DNA of 64,000 bases, from the NCBI GenBank assembly GCA_002245135.1, contig NGBS01001161.1, positions 124,001 through 188,000 on the forward strand, read 5' to 3'. Numbering within the stretch: the first letter of the stretch is position 1; every line of letters starts with the position of its first letter. Positions 54,601 to 64,000 of this stretch are shown piece by piece. The DNA is from Proteromonas lacertae. Its lineage: Eukaryota. Both the position numbers and the translations under genes were made by a program. The notes beneath the pieces are model-generated. The model was not told the DNA's origin. It saw only the letters and a list, made by a program, of their open reading frames with translations, and did not search any database.

Positions 54601-57600
54601 AAAAGAGAAAGTAGAAATGTTGCTTTATTATATCCAATTAAAGGTTCAAATAGTGCATATGCTTTAACAGCTTTAGATGTAATGATTGGAGAAATTGATA
54701 CTTTAAATAATGAGAAGATATTAGGAAATATATCTCTAAATTATATTATTTATGATACATCTGATGTTAGTAAATATGACAGTATTGCTAAAAAGATATT
54801 AAATGATACATCCATTTTATTAGCCATAGGATGTACAAATAATATATGTAGAAGATCATTTTCGGAGAAATTTGGTAATAAAATAAACTTATGGTATCCA
54901 GCAAAATCAGAAGGTCAAGAATGTTATAAGAATGTTTTTTATACTGGATTAGTTCCATCTTCTTATGTGAAACAATTATCTTCATTTATAGATCAACATT
55001 CAGTAAGTACAAATGTTTTTATGATTGGTATAAATCAAGAAAGTGATAAAACATTGCATTCAATTATTAATAATGCATATAAGGACTTATATAATATGGT
55101 AGGTGATAGATATGTAACAACTGGTAAAGGCACATCTTACACTATTGCTGACTCAATCATTGAAAACTATAAAACAGGTTGTGTAATTATTAGTACTCTT
55201 GATTATGAAACTTCAATTGATTTTATTAATTATTTTGATGAATTAGTGTTTGAAAAGAATAAATATATTATATTAACCATCACACAAGATAGAGATATAA
55301 TTAAATCATTGACAATAAGTGGTAATGTTCAGAATTATATAAGTGGTTCTTTTTTTGATGAAGTTAATCCACAATGTGATTATCTAAAATCAGTTAAAGC
55401 TCATTATGGTAGTATAGTAACCAATGAATTAGCTCATAGTTCATATTTAGCTTTAAGATTCTGGGCAAAGTCTCAAAATCCATTATATCCATTGTATAAT
55501 TCACAAATTGTTGGATGCACAGGAACTAGTATAATGTTTACAGATAATCATGTTTCATTGCCATTTTATATAATGCAAATTCGTAAAGATAATACATTAA
55601 ATACAGAGTATAGTCAAACAAGAATACAAGAACCATTAGCATGGAGTTGGGATCTTGATACAACTGCTGGATTGATATGTGATTGGTCAGATGAAAAAAT
55701 TGGTGCTAGTTATCCAGTAGATACATTTGAAGTAGTTGCTGCATTTGCTACTACTGGTTTATATAGAGAAACTGATATGTATGCAATGAACATCTTTGAA
55801 ACAATATTTGATGATTTAAATAACAATGAACAAGGATTATTAAAGACTAGAGTTACTGTACAATCTTATGATTATAGATCTGATGATATAATGTGTATTG
55901 ATTTATTAACAAACTACTTAGAAAGAGTTACAAAAGGAAAGGGAGTAATATTCTCTAGTGCAACAGGTATTTGTGTTAAAGCTATTGCTAGTTTACTGTT
56001 GGATAAAGATATTCCATTATTCCAAGTTAGTTATACAGGTGGTGAAGCATGTTATGATAATGTATTTTATATGTTAAAAGAACCAAGTTTCGCTGGTAAA
56101 GTAGTTGATTTTATGGTAAAAGCTGAAAATCCACAGTCATTAGATGCATGTTTGATTATGCCAAGTGTTGGTGCAGGAATAGATTATTATAATTATTTCG
56201 TACTTTATTTTGATTTTATTGGAGTTAATTTATTATATAGTATTAATCCAGTATCATTTGGTGAGAATACAATGAAAGAAGCAATGAAGACTATGCTAGT
56301 AAAAGCTCCTAATGGTTGTTACATTTATTATATTGGTCCACCTGATATTCATCAAATGATTGATGAAGCACTTGATGCTGAGAAAGTAGATAGATTAAAA
56401 TATCAAATCATTTCATTCTCAACAGGACCTGCTGTAGCAGTAAAAGGTGTGAAACCATTCTATTCTGCTTCAGTTTACTTTACTAACTTAGATAATGAAG
56501 CAAATAGAGAATTAAAAAGTACTGTATTGTCTGTAACAAACTATGCAACAGAAGTAATGTACACTTCTTATATTGCAGGTCATTTCTATATAAATGCTGT
56601 TAAAAATGCATCATCAACAAGTGTAATCGAGATCAAGAAGCATATCTATGATTTAGAATATGATTCACCAAGCGGAGGTATAATATCAATGGATAAGAGT
56701 AATTATATGAAACAGTATGTATTATTTGGTATTATGAAAGAAAATGATCCAGAAAATGGATTTGATTTATTATATAGATCGGAGACAGTTTATACACCTC
56801 AACCTTATAAATCATTAATAAATAAAGAGAATTATATTTGTAATTTTAAGAATGAAGATATTGGTGATCATTATATGGAAACCTCAATTATTGTTGGAAT
56901 TATTACATCATTTTCTGGTCTATTCAATACTACGGAAAGAGCTATTATGCAAGGAATAATTAAAGCAATAGAAGAAATAAATGATGATGGTGGTTTAATT
57001 GGTAAAAAAATATCAGTTTATATTAGAGATGCTAAATCTAATATTGAATTATATAAGAAATATGCCAAGGAATATACAAGATTGGAAGAAGTAAAATTTG
57101 TATTCGGTGGTGGTAGAGCTGAAATAAAAGATGCATTAACTCCATACTTTGAAGAAGGAAAGAAATTATTCTTTTATGGTGGTTTATCTAACTCTGAAGT
57201 ATGTCCACAATATGTATTAACAATTCAAATTGCAGTAAATCAAATAGTAAATACAATATGGAAACACATATTACCTGTTACTAAGAATGTATATGTTATT
57301 CAAGGTTCAACAGATTGGGAAATTCAACTTGCTAGAGAAACACAAGTATTAGCTGAGGCTCTTCAACTAAATTGTCATGTTTTTAATTTGATAACTTTAA
57401 TGGAATCACCAGAAGTTCCAGAAGAATTTGATATTAATAATTTGGATAAGTCTTCAGTAGTAGTATTGGCTGTATCTGAAGATAATAATATTGATGTATT
57501 TTCATGGATTTGTAAACATGAAATTGATATGACAAAGACTTATGTAGTTGCAACATCGTTGGATAGATATTTAATGCAGAATATACCAGCACAATGTTTA

Positions 57601-60211
57601 AAAGGTGCTTATATGATTACTACATTTATCAAGGAAATGGGTTTAGAGGAGTCTAATAGTGATACATATTTAGAATCTGCAAAAGAATTTGTAAGTGCAA
57701 TGAAGAATTCATATGGTGATGAAGTTATTATAACAGCTGCAATGGAAAGTGGATATATTGCTGTAAAGTTATGGGCTGATGTAATTTCATCTTATACATT
57801 ATCGTTCGATACTGATGTAATAAGAAATGCATTATATGGTTATACATTTACTGTTCCATCTGGTACAATTGAAATAAATAATTCAGGTTATTCTAATAGA
57901 ATTGTATTTTTATGTGAAATAGCTGAAGATAAATCAATCAGAGTTGTAGAATATGCTTCAAATCCAGAGTTAGCTCAAGCTTGGATTCAAGATTATCCAG
58001 AAAATTCTGGTTATATTTGTGATTGGACAGTTGGAGAGAGAAGATATAGACCTCCATCCTTAAAAGTAGTATTCTTCCATGAAACAACAGCTAATCAACA
58101 ACAACAAATTAACGCAATGATTGTAGAACATTCATTGGTATTAGAGCTTAATACAAATGGAATAAATGGCTATCTGATTGTTCCTAAATATGTATTTGCA
58201 GGTTCAACAGCAGAATTTAAGAACCAAACTGCTCAATTTTTAAATGATGATGAAGTTGTTGCATTCTTTGGATGTACAACGGCCATGTGTGAAGAAAATG
58301 CATTAGAAGCTGCAGCTAAAACACAAAAGTTATATTTATATTATGGTTTTACAGAAGGAAAGAGTTGTTATCCATATCGATTAGCTGTAGGTACAACAGC
58401 ATCACAAAGATTCTTATCTGCTGAACAATACATTTATAAACAAGGAATTAAAACATTAATATTTGTATCTGATGATAGTGATTTAATGCAAGTGATATGG
58501 GAGACTGACAGTTATTATGTCAAGGATCATTATGCTGAAAATAAACAGACAATCTCTCGAATGACAATAACAGAAGAATCTGATATGTCTCAAGTTATTA
58601 GTAATATATTGAATAAAAAGGAAGAAGATGATAGTGGAAGAATTGCATTATTATATTATCTAACAGGTAGCTTAAGTTTGAAATTTATTCAGACTTATTT
58701 AGATAATTCAATCAACAGTCGTGAGGTATTAATTACTTTTATGAATTTCGCTGATTCTGATTATACTGATGCATTATTATCTGAGATTTACGGTTCTTTA
58801 GTTGTATTAGGTTATGAAGAATCATTATCAACATCTATTTCACAGTCATTTGTTAGTGATGCTAAAGGTTATTTAGGTGTTAATACTGATGTAAATGATA
58901 ATATTGAAGCTATAAAAGACGCATTTACATTATGGGAACAATTATATACAACTGCTATTACTGATTCTGGTAAAATAATACCTCCATTAAGATATATGCA
59001 ATTGACTAGTATTGGATTGGAAATAGATGTTCCTTCTGGTGTTCTTCAAGTCACTGAATCATTATATGTATCTAGAAATTCTTATGTGTTTGAGATTAAT
59101 CGTAATGCTAAGTTTATTCAGTTATTCCCAACAAGAGGTTCAAATGCAATATTTGAGCCTGAACCATATCCTGAAGGTTTACCAAACGAATGTAAATATG
59201 GTAAAAATCAAGTGTTTTACAAGTATAGTGATGGTATTCTAGGTGTAAGTTATGCATTAATGGGTTTGTCAATGTTAGTAGCTTTAACTTCATTAGTGAT
59301 TTGTAATTGTTCATAGTAGACAAAGTATAATAAAAACATTTGGTAGATCTCATAATATATTTAGTGCAATTTCATTGTTGTTTTTATCAATCTCTTCTAT
59401 ACCTATTACACTCTATCCTTCCTCTGAAAATAGTGTTTGTATTACTAGAGTAGTGCTTTTAGGTTTAGCTGTAAAAGGTTTAATTGGTGAACTATTAGCA
59501 ACTGAAACAAAATTATATAGAAAGAGAAAAATAAAAGGATCAATTCGTAAAACTAAAATTACTATAATTAGAATACTTAGTTGGTGGCTTGGATTTATAA
59601 TATTTGAAGCGATATTATTAATAATATGGTTTACAGTTGAACCTAATGAATATGCTGGTGCTTATAGTGTTTCAAATAGTGATTATTTCAATGAAGTAAC
59701 AATAAGAGAATGTCAATTTTCAACAGCATTTGTTTCAATAGAATTGATTACTGATTTCTTACCTGTTTTGCTATTAGTTTTAATGTCTTATACAACAAAG
59801 AATTTAGCAAATGAACATAATGATTCAATAGGAATGTTTATATCAACTATTGTGATATTAGTACTTGGTGCAATTATGGTATTATTAGATTTTAATGTAA
59901 GTTCTGAACCAGATTCAGTATTGTTATTAAGATCTATGGGTATTCATTTAACCGTTATTATCTTATGTGTGTTACAGTTTGGTTTGAAGTTGGTTAGTTT
60001 CTATGTTAATGAAGATGCTAGAAATATTACATCAAGTGGTTCTGCTGGTGGAGCTGTTTCATTAGGTGCTACTGGTAATAGCTCAACTCATGGCTCATCA
60101 CATAAATCATTGTCGAGTATGTCATTTACTACAAATAAGACAAGAACATTTACTACTCAGACTAAGACACAAATGTCTAAATTTGCTACATTAACTAAAC
60201 AACATAATTAA
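48646..60211 (+). CDS. Giant class C-like GPCR: signal peptide + nine tandem type I periplasmic-binding (UrtA/AmiC-like) modules + 7TM
   Basis: About five short introns join the ORFs; repeated IN..GG..G and YP..(Y/S)EG.EC..N motifs; 7TM with CITRVVLLGL, LLIIWFTVEP, KNLANEHNDS; +1 shift near 59301 links TM1 to TM2-7. Confidence 0.8.
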
Positions 60212-60223
60212 TTAATATATATT

Positions 60224-60255
<32 letters not shown>

Positions 60256-60370
60256 GTCATATATTGACTAATTTTATCTATTAATTTGTTGTTGGGCTTA
60301 TTTTGAAAAGAAAAATTTTGAAAAAAAGTCAAGCCATAATCAAATCTCTATTTTTGTCGTTTTTTATGTT

Positions 60371-62554
60371 ATGATTGGAATAGATCCAAAAAGACATGAA
60401 AAATTATCATTAGAAGAGTATTATATCATATATTAATTCATTAGACTTCAAAGATATGATAAATATATTGATTGTACCTTTAATAAGACAGCTAAAGGAA
60501 GTAGAAGCAGTAGAATCTAACTATGAAGTCAAATGGACTGTTAAACAACCTCCTCCACCAAGAGAACCTGTTAAAATAGAAGCTGCTGAGAATCCTTTCA
60601 ATTACAAAGAAGTGAAAGAAAAACCAAACCCAAGTATATTAATATCAGATGAAGAACTGGAAAGAGAAAAGAGTATCGCTATTTTAGATATGAGATGGAA
60701 TGAAGAGGGTTTAACAGATCCAGGAACAAAAGCGCTTGATGAAATCAGAAAAAGAATAGCAAATGAACCACCAGAAGAACCAAAAGTATAATAATAGCAT
60801 ATTATTTTATTAATTATAGAGAGAACATAAGCATTATCCGCCACCTGGTACATATAAGAATATAAGCAGATTAGCCAAGTTATTAGCCGAAAGACGAAGA
60901 CTACTAGAAGAAGAGGAAAGAAGAAGATTGGAAAGAGAAAGAATGAGATCAAGAAAATATCCACACTTTCCATTTGGATTGATTAAAAACATAGATTGTC
61001 AAATATCTTATTTAATCGACAAAATATCAGTGTGTTTTGGTGTATTGCATAATACAATTTTAGATAGAGAATATTTTATGAATCATATTGGACCAGTTTT
61101 AGCATATTATTCTAATGCTTCTTATACAAAGAATCAATTGAAATATGTGTCAAAGACAATGTGGGAAAGATTAGCATGTAATGAACCAACAGTAGGAGCC
61201 TATGAATTTCAACAGTTTTTATTATTATATTTTGTATATATATATAATATATATAATATTAATATAATAGTTGGATATGTATCCCAATTATGGTGTTGAT
61301 GATTTTTGTACTGTTTTGAATAAGTTTAGATATTATATGGATAATAGACATAATGTAACAAGTTATGCATTTGGTCATCATACAAGTGATAGACAATATA
61401 AACCTAAACATGAATTCTTGATTAATTCACCAAGAGGATATACAGAAACAACAGCACAATTTGTAGATCCTTATGGTATATATATATATATATATATATT
61501 GTTATTATTGTTATATATATAGATAATCCACCACCTGGTCCTACAGATTACCAATCAATTGATAAACCAGATATAACTGTATTCCTTATATTTATTTATT
61601 TATCTATTATTATTAGAAAACATCAATTGCATATACATTAAAGGGAAAGGGAAGAGATTATTTTGCCACAATAACTGAAAAATCTTGTACACCAGGACCA
61701 ATATATAATTTACCTGAACCAATGGAGAAATCATTAACATCTAGATCAAAACCACCTCCAGTATATCACGAGAAAAGTATAATAATTATAATACTACAAA
61801 TTAGAATCAAAATATCCAAAATGGACAAAAGATTCATCATATCAATCTCTTGTTTCACGCCATAATTATTATACAAATAATGAAAGTATTGTTGTTGTGA
61901 TTGTTATTTAATAATATATAGAAAATGATCCACCAGATGATGTAGAAACATGTTTTCATTGTGATAAATATAATACTCTGTTTGAAGCAAATCATCCATC
62001 AATGAGTAATCCAGATGATAAACCATCCATATTTTCTATGCCTAAACCATTGAGATTGACAGAATCTGAACCAATTTTGAAGAAATTAGAGAGAAGAGAG
62101 TTGAAGTTAATACAGGAAGATCATTATCCTCTTAAAGATTTAGATAATACACAGAATGAGACAGTTAGACTTCTACTAGAAGAAAATGCTGAATCAAATA
62201 TCCCTTTTTGTTATTTTTAATGATTTATATTTTTTCTTAATAACATTCTACTAGCTAGATATAAAGAAAGGTACAATAAACCATATATTCCAACATTAGC
62301 ATTGTCATCTAGATCATTAAATATGAAATTAGCGCAAGAGAAAAAGAAAGAATTTGATGTATATTTTAATTGTATATTTTTACATAGAAAAGTGTTACAA
62401 TGAAGAGGTCAAAAGTATTACTATCATTTTATTATTATTTTTTTAGAGTAACTACATGGAGCCTATTGTTGGTAATAAGAAAAAGACGATAGAAGAGATA
62501 GTTGAAGAGAGAAATCTTCAAAAAATGGAGCTAAGTACGCAACAGATGTGTTAA
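60371..62554 (+). CDS. Multi-exon hypothetical protein with PGP (SHIPPO/ODF3-like) repeats, possibly axonemal
   Basis: Many 28-45-nt GT-AG introns link short exons; PPPGPTDY (~61530) and TPGPIYN (~61690); exon chain partly uncertain. Confidence 0.5.
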
Positions 62555-62667
62555 AATAGTGTGATACAATATAATTATTTAATTATTTATGCGCATGTAT
62601 TATTTACCCTAATCAACAATAATATTAATCTAATTGCATATAAATATTCTATCCTAATCTTTTATCA

Positions 62668-62931
62668 CTAAAATATATCATCTTCAGGTTCACCCGTAGG
62701 AGTAAGATATCTAAATCCGTCTTCGTCTACACTTTCTTCAGGCATTGGAGAGGATATGTTTTGATTCCTTGTGACATTTGTCTTATTTGTTTTAGTCTTT
62801 TTTAGAGATTTTTTCTGGTGTTGCTCTATTATTTTGTCTACACCTTTGGCAAATTGAATTTGTAGAGACCTACAATGAATAAACAAATACTTTTAATACT
62901 CAGCATCTAAAAGAGTGTTGATGTTAGACAT
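62668..62931 (-). CDS. Small hypothetical protein (~77 aa)
   Basis: MSNINTLLDAE joined by 30-nt intron 62870-62899 to SLQIQFAKGVDKIIEQHQKK...EPEDDIF-stop. Confidence 0.5.
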
Positions 62932-63189
62932 AAATATGTATGTTACAGAGATAGAGAACCTATCTTAAAAATAAGAATAAAGAATAACAAAATGATTGGT
63001 CAAATTCATTTTAAATCAAGCCAAGCATTAAAACGAATAAATTGATTAAATCATCTATTCTTCTTTGAATCGAATAAAATACATTCATAAAACATTATTA
63101 ATTGATAATCTTAAATCAATACTCATAATAAATACTTATCAATAAACAATAAAATAAAAACAATAAATAAATAATAATATAATCTTATT

Positions 63190-64000
63190 CTACACAAATT
63201 CAGAAACATTCATTGGCATTTCATCAATTTCAGTTCCATAATACTGTTCAATATCAGCCAATACTTTCAAATCTTCATTAGTAGCAAAATTAATAGCAAC
63301 ACCTTTTCTACCAAATCTACCACTTCTACCTATTCTATGTATATATAATTCTCTACTACTTGGTAAATCATAATTAATAACTAAAGATACTTGTTGTACA
63401 TCTAAACCTCTCCCCCATACATCTGTTGCTATTAACACTCTACTTTCACCTCCTCTGAATTTTATCATTATTTCATCACGTTCATTTTGAGGCATTCCTC
63501 CATGCATTGTACAAACTGTGAAATTAGCTTCTCTCATCTTTTCTCCTAGCCATTCTACCTTTCTTTTGGTATTACAGAATATTACAGCTTGTGTTATCGT
63601 TAATGTATCATATAGATCACATAATGTATCAAATTTCCATTCTTCTTTTTCTACACTTACGAAATATTGTTTTATTCCATCCAATGTTAATTCATCACGT
63701 TTTACTAATACTTTCACTGGATTATTCATGAAATTATTGGTGATTTCTAATACTTCATTTGGTAATGTTGCTGATACTAATACTACTTGTGTATGTGGAG
63801 GTAAATATCGATATATATCATATATATGATCTTTAAATCCTTCATTTAACATCTCATCTGCTTCATCTAATACTAACATCTTTATATTCCTTGTTCGAAG
63901 GTTTCTTCTTTTAATCATATCAAATACACGACCAGGAGTACCTGATACTACATGTACACCACGATCTAAGGTACGAATATCATCAGCAAGACTTTTACCA
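63190..64000 (-). CDS. EIF4A3: DEAD-box helicase eIF4A-III (exon junction complex), 3' part
   Basis: [77 protein letters not shown]. Confidence 0.95.
   Translation of the reverse strand, partial: GKSLADDIRTLDRGVHVVSGTPGRVFDMIKRRNLRTRNIKMLVLDEADEMLNEGFKDHIYDIYRYLPPHTQVVLVSATLPNEVLEITNNFMNNPVKVLVKRDELTLDGIKQYFVSVEKEEWKFDTLCDLYDTLTITQAVIFCNTKRKVEWLGEKMREANFTVCTMHGGMPQNERDEIMIKFRGGESRVLIATDVWGRGLDVQQVSLVINYDLPSSRELYIHRIGRSGRFGRKGVAINFATNEDLKVLADIEQYYGTEIDEMPMNVSEFV

Overview
AT-rich, gene-dense eukaryotic nuclear DNA (standard genetic code) with about 23 protein-coding loci split by very short spliceosomal introns (mostly 25-45 nt, GTAT...TAG). The tiny introns, an axonemal inner-arm dynein, two centrins and gut-bacterial-looking genes suggest a flagellated gut stramenopile near Blastocystis (Proteromonas-like; inference). 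No RNA genes, mobile elements or CRISPR arrays were seen. Most striking: (1) a ~3,800-aa receptor with nine tandem UrtA/AmiC-like periplasmic-binding modules on a class C (GABA-B-like) 7TM domain; (2) a bacterial-type B12/iron substrate-binding protein fused to a thrombospondin-1 repeat, one TM helix and a YxxL tail; (3) a double-RING + OTU deubiquitinase ending in a CaaX box; (4) an intronless Clostridia-like NhaC-family transporter; (5) two near-identical centrin genes forming a 508-bp inverted repeat; (6) a frame-breaking 139-bp tandem repeat; (7) about a dozen single-base frameshifts in conserved genes, probably assembly errors. Gene models were assembled by eye from the ORF track plus intron reading; no database search was run.
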